The notes under the pieces were generated by a model. It did no database searches and had not been told where the DNA came from. It saw only the letters and a list, made by a program, of their open reading frames with translations. From Bacilli bacterium (GTDB taxonomy: Bacteria > Bacillota_I > Bacilli_A > RF39 > UBA660): DNA of 64,000 nt. Positions within the stretch are counted from its first letter, which is position 1; each line of letters begins with the position of its first letter. Below are positions 30,257-38,796 of this stretch, one piece after another. The stretch covers positions 365,617 to 429,616 of the forward strand of contig JAFQSD010000001.1 in NCBI GenBank assembly GCA_017409785.1. Reading direction: 5' to 3'. Position numbers and translations under genes: made by a program.

Positions 30257-30955
30257 CTACTCCTTAACTCTCTTTAATTCTTCTTCTGTAAATTCACGAC
30301 ATTCTCCTAGTTCTAAATCACTAGGTAAAAAGAAGTTCCCCATTCCAATTCTTTCTAGTTCTACTACTTTCGCTCCAAAACAGCCAAACATTCTTTTAAT
30401 TTGATGATATCTTCCTTCAACTAAAGTAACAACACCAGTGTATTGACCTGTAATTTCTAATCCAGCTGATTTGCATTCTCCATCAATTAAATTAACTCCA
30501 TCCTTAAAACCACTAACCATCTCTTCTGTCATTGGAATATCTATAGTTACATTATATGTCTTTTTAACATGTTTCTTTGGAGATAAAATATTATGAGCAA
30601 ATTCTCCGTCATCAGTAATTAACATTAACCCCGTTGTATCTCGATCAAGTCTTCCAGCAGGAAATAAATCTCTATGACTATATTCTATTGGAACAAGTTC
30701 TAATACTGTAGGTAATTCCTTATCTTCTGTTGCTGAAACATAACCTTTAGGTTTATTAAGCATTAAATAAACCTTTTTCTTAACATTAATATTTTCACCA
30801 TCTAAAGAAATAAGATCATTTATAGGATCAACCTTAATCTCAGATTTACTAACAACAACATCATTAACCATAATTCTCTTATTTCTCACAAGTTCTTTAA
30901 CCTCTTTACGAGAATAACCAGTTTGATTACTTACAATTTTATCTAATCTTTCCAT
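30257..30955 (-). CDS. Pseudouridine synthase, RsuA/RluB family
   Basis: N-terminal S4 domain. Catalytic AGRLDRDTTGL. HQIKRM. Confidence 0.85.
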   Translation of the reverse strand: MERLDKIVSNQTGYSRKEVKELVRNKRIMVNDVVVSKSEIKVDPINDLISLDGENINVKKKVYLMLNKPKGYVSATEDKELPTVLELVPIEYSHRDLFPAGRLDRDTTGLMLITDDGEFAHNILSPKKHVKKTYNVTIDIPMTEEMVSGFKDGVNLIDGECKSAGLEITGQYTGVVTLVEGRYHQIKRMFGCFGAKVVELERIGMGNFFLPSDLELGECREFTEEELKRVKE

Positions 30956-31064
30956 ATAACACCTACTAATCAAATACTAAAATCATTATAACACAAATAC
31001 CATATTAAATCTTTTAAAATAACAATCACTTATGCTATAATCAAATTAAATTTAGGAGGTTTAT

Positions 31065-31721
31065 ATGAGTATAGAAAATAAGAAAACATTAGACGTATAT
31101 CAAGATACAGCACACCTATATCTTGAAAATACTATTGAACATGATCGTTTAGATCCAGAAAAAGCTAAAAAGAAACGCGAAGCATTAGATGAATTTATTA
31201 GAATAAGTTTTTCATCTCTACCAGAAAATGCCAAAGTATTTGAGATTGGTTCAGCTGATGGTGTAAATGCTAAATACATTGAAAGTTTAGGCTATGATGT
31301 AACCGCCAGTGACATAGCAGATGATTTTATAAAAGCTACAAGAAGTCAAGGTGTAAAAACAATTAAATTCAATGCTTTAGAAGATGATTTTGTAGAAAAA
31401 TATTTTGCAATATTCTGCTGGCGAGTATTTGTACATTTCACAGAAGAAGATGCTAAAAAACTAATTTCCAAAGCATATCAAAATCTAGAAGAAAATGGAA
31501 TTTTCGTATTTAATGCTATTAACCGCGAAGCCAAAGAAGTAGATAGTGAATGGGTAGACTTCCCTGGAGAATATCATATGGGCGTAGAACGTTATTACAA
31601 CTATTTTACTCAAGATAAATTAGATGAAATTATTGGTCAAACACCATTCCAAATTCAATCATTCCATAAAGAAGGTGGAAAAGAGAAAAATAAATGGCTA
31701 GTATATGTTCTAAAAAAATAA
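31065..31721 (+). CDS. Class I SAM-dependent methyltransferase
   Basis: Motif I VFEIGSADG. AGGAGG SD. Confidence 0.7.
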   Translation: MSIENKKTLDVYQDTAHLYLENTIEHDRLDPEKAKKKREALDEFIRISFSSLPENAKVFEIGSADGVNAKYIESLGYDVTASDIADDFIKATRSQGVKTIKFNALEDDFVEKYFAIFCWRVFVHFTEEDAKKLISKAYQNLEENGIFVFNAINREAKEVDSEWVDFPGEYHMGVERYYNYFTQDKLDEIIGQTPFQIQSFHKEGGKEKNKWLVYVLKK

Positions 31722-31749
31722 AAGATTATCAAAACGATAATCTTTTTTC

Positions 31750-32325
31750 TTATATTTTATCAACTTTAATAAATTTATTTTTATCATAAGTAAATTTATC
31801 AGTATTAATTAAACTTGAAAGTTCTCTAGTTTCAATATATTCTTTAGTAACTTTAATAAGTAATTTACGTTTACTATTCTCAACTACAAACCAAATAGCT
31901 AAATCTTTAAACCATTCAATTATTGAAGAAACATCACTTACACCAATAGTAATAAAACTAAATACTTTTGTAAGAAAAGATCTTTCTCCATTCTCAACTT
32001 GAGTAAGTACATAAATATCATCATTACTATATCTTTCTTTTAAATAATTAACTGCATAATCATATCTATTACTATAATTATTTTTTTCTAACTCATATTT
32101 TTCTTTAAATATAGGATATTCTATTTCTTGTTCATCATCTAATAAGAAATCTACAGATACATTAAATAATTCTGCTAAAGCTTTTAAATTACTAACTTCA
32201 GGCATTCCCAACTCACTTTCCCATTTAGTAATAACTTGTCTTGAAACATTTAACTTTTCAGCTAGTTCCTCTTGTGTTAAATCAAATGACTTTCTATAAG
32301 ATTTTAACTTTTCACTTAATTTCAT
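31750..32325 (-). CDS. XRE-family HTH transcriptional regulator with an unknown C-terminal domain
   Basis: LTQEELAEKLNVSRQVITKWE helix-turn-helix. Confidence 0.8.
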   Translation of the reverse strand: MKLSEKLKSYRKSFDLTQEELAEKLNVSRQVITKWESELGMPEVSNLKALAELFNVSVDFLLDDEQEIEYPIFKEKYELEKNNYSNRYDYAVNYLKERYSNDDIYVLTQVENGERSFLTKVFSFITIGVSDVSSIIEWFKDLAIWFVVENSKRKLLIKVTKEYIETRELSSLINTDKFTYDKNKFIKVDKI

Positions 32326-32417
32326 TATAATTCCTCCCTTTCATGAGTAAATAATATAATAAAATACATTCTAATTCTAGCAACATCTATTAACATTTAT
32401 GCTACTTATCGTAGCAT

Positions 32418-33113
32418 TTAATTCTTTTCACCACTAATCGAAGTAAAACCCGGTCTATTTTCAAAAATCTTTTGAATAGCCTTATCTCGTTCCGTACTAA
32501 TCTCTGCCTCATCATATTCAACCAACTCTAAATAACTTTCTAAATCATGAGTAAAACTATCATCATTTACTAATGACTCTAACGCTCTTAATTGCATAAT
32601 ATAAAATCCAAGTTCAAGTCTTCTTTTTCCTCCGGGTTTAAATTCATCTAAATCATGGGATACATGACTATCAAAATAATCATGATGTTCAGCTAAATAA
32701 GTTTTTTTATCGCACTTATAAACATCACTCATACCATATAAATTATAATATAATTTTCTATCAAAGCGCAACATCAATGAAGGATCATAAACATAGTCTC
32801 CAACTTCTACCCAACCATGTCCACCATGTCCTTCTCCACATCTATATTCTAACGCTTTATCATTACCTCTAACTAAAACTCCATCATCAAGTGCCAAAAA
32901 CATATATAAACTTCTCTCATAGCAAGTACCAGAAGGAAACAAATGATCAGAATGTTTTATATACATAGAAACAGGTAAGCAAGAAACAATAGTTCCATCC
33001 ATCTTTTCATAAATTTGATCATCAAATTCACAAATTCTTCCATCTCTAACACCCTTATTAAATAAAAGATCAAATCTTTTAAAAAATAGTTTTTTCTTTA
33101 AATTATCTAGCAT
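32418..33113 (-). CDS. Hypothetical protein with a possible Cys-His-Asp (transglutaminase/papain-like) triad
   Basis: GTCYERS ... GHGWVEVGDYVYDPS spacing resembles transglutaminase-like cores. ATG 33113 has an AGGAG SD. Confidence 0.35.
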   Translation of the reverse strand: MLDNLKKKLFFKRFDLLFNKGVRDGRICEFDDQIYEKMDGTIVSCLPVSMYIKHSDHLFPSGTCYERSLYMFLALDDGVLVRGNDKALEYRCGEGHGGHGWVEVGDYVYDPSLMLRFDRKLYYNLYGMSDVYKCDKKTYLAEHHDYFDSHVSHDLDEFKPGGKRRLELGFYIMQLRALESLVNDDSFTHDLESYLELVEYDEAEISTERDKAIQKIFENRPGFTSISGEKN

Positions 33114-33226
33114 ATAATTCTCCTTTAAATATTTATTTCCGTAAATCAATTTCGTCTAGTATATCATAAATAATATAACCAATCAACAAATAAAAAAGAG
33201 CGTTTTTTCGCTCTATAAATTGTAAT

Positions 33227-33553
33227 TTACTTTTTATATATTAATTTATTAATAGCCATACCTATCAATAATCCAAGTGCTGATATTACTAAATACCAAA
33301 CAGAATGTATTAATGCCGATTCGTTATAATAAATCCATATGCTAGGTATAAATAATAACGCTACTAATATTGGATAACAATACTTAATCTTATTATTTGA
33401 TATTGTTCCTAAAATTGCAGCTAATAATAAAGTAGCTAATATTATTAATAATACCATACCCATTGTATCAGTAGGACCTGCAAATACCGGAAATATATAA
33501 AACATAAATAATTGTAATAAAACTATAATAATTTCTTTTAAATATTTCTTCAT
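33227..33553 (-). CDS. Small integral membrane protein (about 108 aa, 4 TM)
   Basis: Four hydrophobic helices. AGGAGA SD. Confidence 0.55.
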   Translation of the reverse strand: MKKYLKEIIIVLLQLFMFYIFPVFAGPTDTMGMVLLIILATLLLAAILGTISNNKIKYCYPILVALLFIPSIWIYYNESALIHSVWYLVISALGLLIGMAINKLIYKK

Positions 33554-33587
33554 AAATTTCTCCTAACAAACAAATTACTATTTTTCT

Positions 33588-33671
33588 TTCTGATTATATT
33601 ATATCATAAGTTTCCGATTATTTTCCGTTTTGCTTCCGAAAAATTCCGATTCATTTCTGTACTTTTTTCTG
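33588..33671. repeat. Helically phased array of seven TTC(C/T)G direct repeats
   Basis: TTCTG 33588, TTCCG 33612, 33623, 33634 and 33644, TTCTG 33655 and 33667. Spacings are 24, 11, 11, 10, 11 and 12 bp. Confidence 0.7.
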
Positions 33672-33741
33672 ATTTATTTTTATTAGTCATTACCGTTTTG
33701 TAAATATCACACATTCAAATCACTACAAAATCTAAAATAAA

Positions 33742-33886
33742 CAAAAAAATCACTTCTATCAAACAGTGATTTTCCTTTATAAAACCTGACTTTCTAGACT
33801 ATCTAGAGAGTTCAAGTTAAACTCTTATGGTGCCTTGAGGGTTTAGATACCGAACCCTATATAAATATATTTGCACCACTTCAGTA
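33742..33886 (-). ncRNA. Candidate small RNA or structured 3'UTR (identity unknown)
   Basis: Minus strand has TTAACT-17 nt-TATAAT (33921..33893). About 145 nt follow with nested hairpins (GGTGC..GCACC enclosing AGGGTT..AACCCT, then GAGTT..AACTC, then CTAGA..TCTAG). The unit ends in an AAAATCACT/AGTGATTTT hairpin plus a T-run (33742..33773). Confidence 0.4.
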
Positions 33887-33974
33887 CGAGCAATTATACT
33901 ACATATATTCCTAAAAGTTAATATTTTTTTAACAAATAAATAACTAATTTTTGCAACAAATATTTTTCATCTAT

Positions 33975-34865
33975 TTATGGAATTAATGTTTCTTTTAAAC
34001 CATCTTCCATATTTATTTTTGTAGGTATAATGTATTTAGCATCTACTTTATGAGAAATTAAATTCGTTATAACTTTCATCGCTCTTGATCCATCAAACCA
34101 TAATGGATTATCACTATTCTCTCTTATTTTATCTAAAGATGTGATTAAGGCATCTCTGTCATAATTATCGCTCATTTTTCTTGTAATCATATATTTTTGA
34201 TTTTCACATTCATACAATGTATTTTTTTGCAAACCATATCTTGCATTGTTATACCAATACAAGTGATCTCCACCAGCTAAAATTAAAACATCTGCTTTTA
34301 CATTTAGATTCCCAATCAAATCATCAACATGATTATAAACTTCATCAAAAGTACAAGTTGGGATATCATCCTTTAAACTACTAAATTTATTTGTAATATC
34401 AACAACTCCAAAATCATAATACTTTTTTTCTATAACTTTTCCATTATTAACAAAGATTAGTTCTATAGAACCACCGCCACCAATGAACACGCATAAATTG
34501 CCATCATATTTTATATTATTATAACATCCTAAGGCTGTATATTTTGCTTCATCTTCTTGTGACACTACTTCAATTTGTAAATTAAATTTTTCTTTCAAAT
34601 TTTTATTAATTTCGTTTAACTCTTGATCAGTTATATTTCGAAATATACTGCAACCATAAATATTAACATTTTCAGTATATTCTAAAGCAAATTTGATAAC
34701 ATCATATAACTTATCTAAATCAGAAGATTGAATTTTATTTTCCTTTTTATAGTTTTTCTTAAATTCTATAGTCATATTATTTTCACTAATTAAATTATCA
34801 TCATCAAAAATATGTGTCTTGGTATTGTTACTACCAATTTCAATTATCGCAATTTTTTTGGCCAT
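33975..34865 (-). CDS. Ppx/GppA-family phosphatase-like protein
   Basis: N-terminal IAIIEIGSNNTK (ASKHA phosphate-1 motif) and GGGGS later. ATG 34865 has a GGAGGG SD. Confidence 0.6.
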   Translation of the reverse strand: MAKKIAIIEIGSNNTKTHIFDDDNLISENNMTIEFKKNYKKENKIQSSDLDKLYDVIKFALEYTENVNIYGCSIFRNITDQELNEINKNLKEKFNLQIEVVSQEDEAKYTALGCYNNIKYDGNLCVFIGGGGSIELIFVNNGKVIEKKYYDFGVVDITNKFSSLKDDIPTCTFDEVYNHVDDLIGNLNVKADVLILAGGDHLYWYNNARYGLQKNTLYECENQKYMITRKMSDNYDRDALITSLDKIRENSDNPLWFDGSRAMKVITNLISHKVDAKYIIPTKINMEDGLKETLIP

Positions 34866-34920
34866 ATTACCCTCCATAATTTCTAAAATAATTATATCAT
34901 TATTTTAGAATTTTTAACAT

Positions 34921-34948
34921 ACAAAAAGTCTCGGGATATTCGAGACTT
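34921..34948 (-). terminator. Second of two tandem terminators after the tRNA pair
   Basis: aagtctcg-ggatatt-cgagactt hairpin followed by a T-run on the minus strand. Confidence 0.6.
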
Positions 34949-34953
34949 ACCAT

Positions 34954-34991
34954 AAAAAAAGCAAAAAATCCCCACTTCTATACTGAAGTGG
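34954..34991 (-). terminator. First terminator after the tRNA pair
   Basis: ccacttc-tatact-gaagtgg hairpin followed by TTTTTTGCTTTTTTT on the minus strand. Confidence 0.7.
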
Positions 34992-35033
34992 AGACACCTT
35001 TAACCGAACCATGAGGTTCAGATTGATTACTCA

Positions 35034-35107
35034 TGGTGCCGAAAGTAAGAATTGAACTTACCGCTGATCCTTACCAAGGATCTGTTTTACCACTAAACTA
35101 TATCGGC
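35034..35107 (-). tRNA. tRNA-Thr (anticodon GGU)
   Basis: Hand-folded cloverleaf: GCCGATA/TTTCGGC acceptor (one T-T mismatch), GATCC-TTGGTAA-GGATC anticodon arm, GTAAG-TTCAATT-CTTAC T arm, encoded CCA. Confidence 0.85.
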
Positions 35108-35110
35108 AAC

Positions 35111-35186
35111 TGGTGTTCAGGAAGGGACTCGAACCCATACCATCTCCGTCGGAGGGAAATATTCTATCCAATTAAACTACCCGAAC
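35111..35186 (-). tRNA. tRNA-Arg (anticodon CCG)
   Basis: Hand-folded cloverleaf: GTTCGGG/CCTGAAC acceptor, TTTCC-CTCCGAC-GGAGA anticodon arm, ATGGG-TTCGAGT-CCCTT T arm (one mismatch), encoded CCA. Confidence 0.8.
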
Positions 35187-35199
35187 AAAAAAGGAAAGT

Positions 35200-35769
35200 T
35201 TATACTTCCTCACATGTTGTTCCCATCTTTCCAGCAAGTTCCAACCATAAAGAAAGTTTTGCTTTTCCACTTTTAACAATATTATCTTCTGCTCCTTCAA
35301 TAGCTAGAAGTTCTTTCAAATCAATTTTATCATAATTAATTGTTATTGTATAAGTAACAGAATTACTATCCCTAACAATATTCTTATCATAATAATTTAA
35401 ACCATCATAATTCTTTGCAATATTTTTATAAGCATTTTCATATAAATCTAAACTATCTTGATTATCACTTGTAACTTTTTGTATAGAAATTAGTTCTAAA
35501 ATATTACCATTCTTATACTTAACACTATAATTTAAATCAACATCAATACCGTCACCAGCTTCAGCTTTAGTATTGCATTTTAACATTCCAGTTCCATTCT
35601 TATCAAACGAATCATCTACAATAGTTTGTTTAACTGTAGTTGTTCCCGTAACATCAGTATCACTACTTTCAGTTTTCTTTTCTTCACTGCAACCAGTACT
35701 TACTAAAATTAAACAAAAAACAATTAAAAATAAACTAATCTTTTTTAGTAGTATTTTCATCTTCTTCAT
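35200..35769 (-). CDS. Lipoprotein, function unknown
   Basis: Signal peptide with lipobox LVSTGC. Start taken as ATG 35769 (MKKMKILL). Confidence 0.65.
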   Translation of the reverse strand: MKKMKILLKKISLFLIVFCLILVSTGCSEEKKTESSDTDVTGTTTVKQTIVDDSFDKNGTGMLKCNTKAEAGDGIDVDLNYSVKYKNGNILELISIQKVTSDNQDSLDLYENAYKNIAKNYDGLNYYDKNIVRDSNSVTYTITINYDKIDLKELLAIEGAEDNIVKSGKAKLSLWLELAGKMGTTCEEV

Positions 35770-36280
35770 CTTCCAATCCTTGAATATATCTAAATATTCT
35801 TTTTTGATTACGCAAAATAGCATCCATTTGATCATGTAATGATTCAAGTATTAATTCACTTTTCAAATCTGTACGATAATCATTTTGGTTTCTCAAACTA
35901 TCCTTCGCAGCTTGTCTATTTTGACTCATCATAATAATAGGTGCTTGTAATGCTGAAATACAAGATAAAACCAAATTAAGTAAAATAAATGGATATGGAT
36001 CAATAGATTTATCTCCTATTAAAATAATTGTATTTAAAATAACCCATCCAATTAAGAATACCATAAACCAAATAATGAATGCCCAACTACCACATACTTC
36101 ACTTACTTTATCAGCAAACTTATCGCCTAAAGTCATCTTCGCTTCTTCTTGTTTATCAACATCAATCGCAATAGGTTGATCAATAAGTAAATCTAATAAT
36201 TCTTCTTCATCTTGTGCATCTAATTCATTATTCTTTAAAAGCATCTTTACTATTTCTTTTTTAGTTTTTCTTTTTTCCAT
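35735..36280 (-). CDS. DUF1003 family membrane protein
   Basis: FGDKFADKVSEVCGSWAFIIWF...two TM helices...QNRQAAKD...NDYRTDLKSE pattern. ATG 36280 has an AGGTGA SD. Confidence 0.6.
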   Translation of the reverse strand: MEKRKTKKEIVKMLLKNNELDAQDEEELLDLLIDQPIAIDVDKQEEAKMTLGDKFADKVSEVCGSWAFIIWFMVFLIGWVILNTIILIGDKSIDPYPFILLNLVLSCISALQAPIIMMSQNRQAAKDSLRNQNDYRTDLKSELILESLHDQMDAILRNQKRIFRYIQGLEDEEDENTTKKD

Positions 36281-36314
36281 ACACTTCACCTTCTCCTCTA
36301 TCATATCATTATAT

Positions 36315-37175
36315 TTATAATAATACAAACTCACTTATATATTTATACATTTCTCTTTGAATTTCTTCATCAGTTGTCCCTAAAAATCCATGACTAGCAA
36401 ATTTAATATTATAAGAAACACTACCCTCATTATTTTTACAAACGATTTCTTTTAAAGTTTCACCATCATCTTTAAATATATCCATATCCCCTGTAAGTAT
36501 TAAACACTTAGGAAAATCTTTAAAATAAACAAGTTCAAATAATGAACAACTATTTTCATTTTCCTTAGGTAAATATTTTTTTAAAAAACTATTTACCTTT
36601 TTATCTAAATTAAAATTAATACTCATTAAAGACTCATTCCATTTATACTCATTATAATCATCTCTGACAACAGGATAAACAAATATTACTTTCGAAATCA
36701 AACAACCTTTACTAATTAGTTTGGTAATAGAGCTTCCTAATATTTTACACCCTACAGAATCACTCATTAAACTAATATTTTCTAATTTTATACCAATACT
36801 ATTTAATTCATCATATAAATATTTAATAATTTTACTAACTTTATTAACTACTGTAGGATACTTAATTGTACTATCAAAATAATCAATAGCAATCACAACA
36901 CTATTAGTCTCTTTAGCCATATTCTTACATATCTCTGAATATTTACCAAAGCATCCACTTACCTTACCATCACTCGGTACAAATATAATAACCGAATTAA
37001 TATTAGATATTTTAGTTGGATAAAATACTAATACTGGTAATAATTTTTCATCAAATACTACCTTATAATTTGAAATATTCTTTTTAGATATTGTTGGATG
37101 TAATATCTCATAGACCGTTCTATATAATTTATACTTTTCTACTTCTCCGAAATTATCCCCTATAATTTTTTTCAT
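36315..37175 (-). CDS. Alpha/beta-hydrolase-fold esterase/lipase-like protein
   Basis: Nucleophile-elbow-like SDSVG and a late HGF. Length and pattern are compatible with Abhydrolase_3. Judged by eye only. Confidence 0.45.
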   Translation of the reverse strand: MKKIIGDNFGEVEKYKLYRTVYEILHPTISKKNISNYKVVFDEKLLPVLVFYPTKISNINSVIIFVPSDGKVSGCFGKYSEICKNMAKETNSVVIAIDYFDSTIKYPTVVNKVSKIIKYLYDELNSIGIKLENISLMSDSVGCKILGSSITKLISKGCLISKVIFVYPVVRDDYNEYKWNESLMSINFNLDKKVNSFLKKYLPKENENSCSLFELVYFKDFPKCLILTGDMDIFKDDGETLKEIVCKNNEGSVSYNIKFASHGFLGTTDEEIQREMYKYISEFVLL

Positions 37176-37201
37176 AAGTCTCACCATTCTTATAATAACA
37201 T

Positions 37202-37232
37202 AAAAAGAAAGTCCGAAAAAATCGAACTTTCT
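37202..37232 (-). terminator. Rho-independent terminator
   Basis: gaaagtccga/tcgaactttc hairpin (one mismatch) plus a T-run on the minus strand. Confidence 0.5.
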
Positions 37233-37252
37233 TAACTTTACACTATTTAACT

Positions 37253-38080
37253 TTATTTTTCAGAGTTTTCCTTCATAAGTTTAATTATTTCTTTTCTAAG
37301 TTCAGCATTTGCTTTTTCCAAGTCTTCATTAGCCTTAATTGGTTTACCAATTCTAACAATAAGATTCTTACTTCTAAATTTATAATCTCCAGAAATACCA
37401 AACGGTACTAAATAAGCATTTGTCTTTTTAGCCATTGATACAGCCCCAAACTTAAATGGTAGTAAAATACGATCATCAAACTCTTTCTTAGTTATAACTT
37501 TCTTTTCTACTAATTTTTCTAAGAATCCTTGAACATCATAAATATTATTAATAAATTCTTTTTTAGTAATTTTTTTATCATTCATTAATTCTTCTAAATA
37601 ATTAACATAAGAAGCCTTTTGTTTTTTCATCTTCTTAATAAACTTTTTATAATCTGGATATTTATCTTTACAAATTTCATATATTTCATTCATTCTTTGT
37701 TCTTTTAAACCATTTCTAGTACCTTCTGGGAATAGACCTAAAGCCAAGTCATTTTCAAGAACTTCCATTGCTTTCCCAGTTGCATTAGTATCTTTAATAC
37801 TTCTATCAACTGGAATACAACCTGCTAATTTAAAGAACCAAGCAACTTTCTTATTATCAAAATATTCTTTTTTAGCCATATAATGAACTGGTCTTTTAGT
37901 ACATAAAATTGGTAAACATTGATCCATTATATGAATATGATTACCTACTACTAATATTGGACCATCAGTAGGAATATTTTCTCCTCCAACAAACTTAGGA
38001 TTATAGTAAAGTTTAAATAATCCGCCTAATACTACTTTAAAGATCTTAAATCCTAACATATTTTCTTTATTTTTTGCCAT
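37253..38080 (-). CDS. 1-acyl-sn-glycerol-3-phosphate acyltransferase family protein (with a Lys-rich insertion of about 70 aa)
   Basis: NHIHIMD (HX4D) and FPEGTR motifs. Extra segment between FPEGTR and the FKFGAV block. Confidence 0.75.
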   Translation of the reverse strand: MAKNKENMLGFKIFKVVLGGLFKLYYNPKFVGGENIPTDGPILVVGNHIHIMDQCLPILCTKRPVHYMAKKEYFDNKKVAWFFKLAGCIPVDRSIKDTNATGKAMEVLENDLALGLFPEGTRNGLKEQRMNEIYEICKDKYPDYKKFIKKMKKQKASYVNYLEELMNDKKITKKEFINNIYDVQGFLEKLVEKKVITKKEFDDRILLPFKFGAVSMAKKTNAYLVPFGISGDYKFRSKNLIVRIGKPIKANEDLEKANAELRKEIIKLMKENSEK

Positions 38081-38714
38081 TCTTCTTACCTCTTTTCTTA
38101 GTAACCTTCTTCTCCCCAGTAATCAAAAAGTAATCTTCTAACTTCTCACTAACTGCATCCATAAGTTTCTCATTTTCAAGTTCTAAGTCTTGACTAACTT
38201 TTCTAGGTTTCAAAAATTCTATAGTAATACCTCTTTTAAATAACTTATATTTACCAGTTATAACAAACGGTATTAAATCTGCATTAGTTTCCTTACACAT
38301 TTTAACTGCCCCAAATTTAAAAGGCATTATAATGTCATCAGTTCTATTAATAGTACCTTCTGGAAATATCCCAATACAATTTCCATTATTTAAATATTCA
38401 TAAGCTTTAATAAGCGCATCTTTATCATGAATTTTTCTATTAACAGGAATACATCCCATCGCTTTAACAACGATCCAACCTTTTCCATGCCAAAGTTCTT
38501 CCTTTGCTAAAAAATGCACTTGGTTGCGAGGCGCAACTGAAACTAACATAACTGAGTCTAACCATTTTGTATGGTTACCAGCTAAAACATAGGGACCATT
38601 TTTTGGAATATTTTCTTTACCAATAACTTTTGGTCTAAATAATATATAAAATAACGCTTTAACAATAGGTTTAACAATCGTATAACCCCATGCATTCATA
38701 TTTTTCTTTTTCAT
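38067..38714 (-). CDS. 1-acyl-sn-glycerol-3-phosphate acyltransferase family protein
   Basis: NHTKWLD (HX4D), FPEGT and FKFGAV motifs. Confidence 0.75.
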   Translation of the reverse strand: MKKKNMNAWGYTIVKPIVKALFYILFRPKVIGKENIPKNGPYVLAGNHTKWLDSVMLVSVAPRNQVHFLAKEELWHGKGWIVVKAMGCIPVNRKIHDKDALIKAYEYLNNGNCIGIFPEGTINRTDDIIMPFKFGAVKMCKETNADLIPFVITGKYKLFKRGITIEFLKPRKVSQDLELENEKLMDAVSEKLEDYFLITGEKKVTKKRGKKNGKK

Positions 38715-38759
38715 TTTAATCACCATATATTAATTATAATATAAAATCAAATTTAAGTA

Positions 38760-38791
38760 AAACAAAAGTACTTTATCAACTGATAAAGCAC
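38760..38791 (-). terminator. Rho-independent terminator (weak)
   Basis: gtactttatca/tgataaagcac hairpin with a T-rich tail on the minus strand. Confidence 0.4.
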
Positions 38792-38796
38792 TAATA

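Noticed and set aside
33588-33671. TTCCG array as DnaA boxes/oriC, CodY boxes or PurR PurBoxes
   Set aside because: None of the copies matches TTATCCACA beyond TT..CC. The best CodY-box alignment is about 9/15. PurBox (AWWWCCGAACWWT) matches are about 10/13 but lack the GAAC core and the inverted-pair arrangement. No dnaA/dnaN context is present. It is kept only as an unassigned repeat array.
33742-33886. Identity of the candidate sRNA as a purine or preQ1 riboswitch, or as SRP (4.5S/scRNA) RNA
   Set aside because: There are superficial resemblances: the AGGGUUC...ACCCU hairpin resembles the preQ1-I stem, a UAUA...hairpin-hairpin layout resembles a purine riboswitch, and GUCAGGU resembles SRP domain IV. 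However, the diagnostic elements are missing: the A-rich ACUA tail, the J2-3 UUUCUACC junction, and GGAA...AGCAGC. The element is also about 190 nt from the next start codon, behind another promoter.
34878-35200. tRNA-linked genomic island or integrated element
   Set aside because: No integrase, no excisionase and no direct repeat of the tRNA 3' ends could be seen nearby. The flanking genes look chromosomal.
35033-35335. 100-aa plus-strand ORF (MVPKVRIELTADPYQGSVLPLNYIG...)
   Set aside because: It is the antisense read-through of the two minus-strand tRNA genes and the 3' end of the lipoprotein gene. This is a typical tRNA-antisense artefact.
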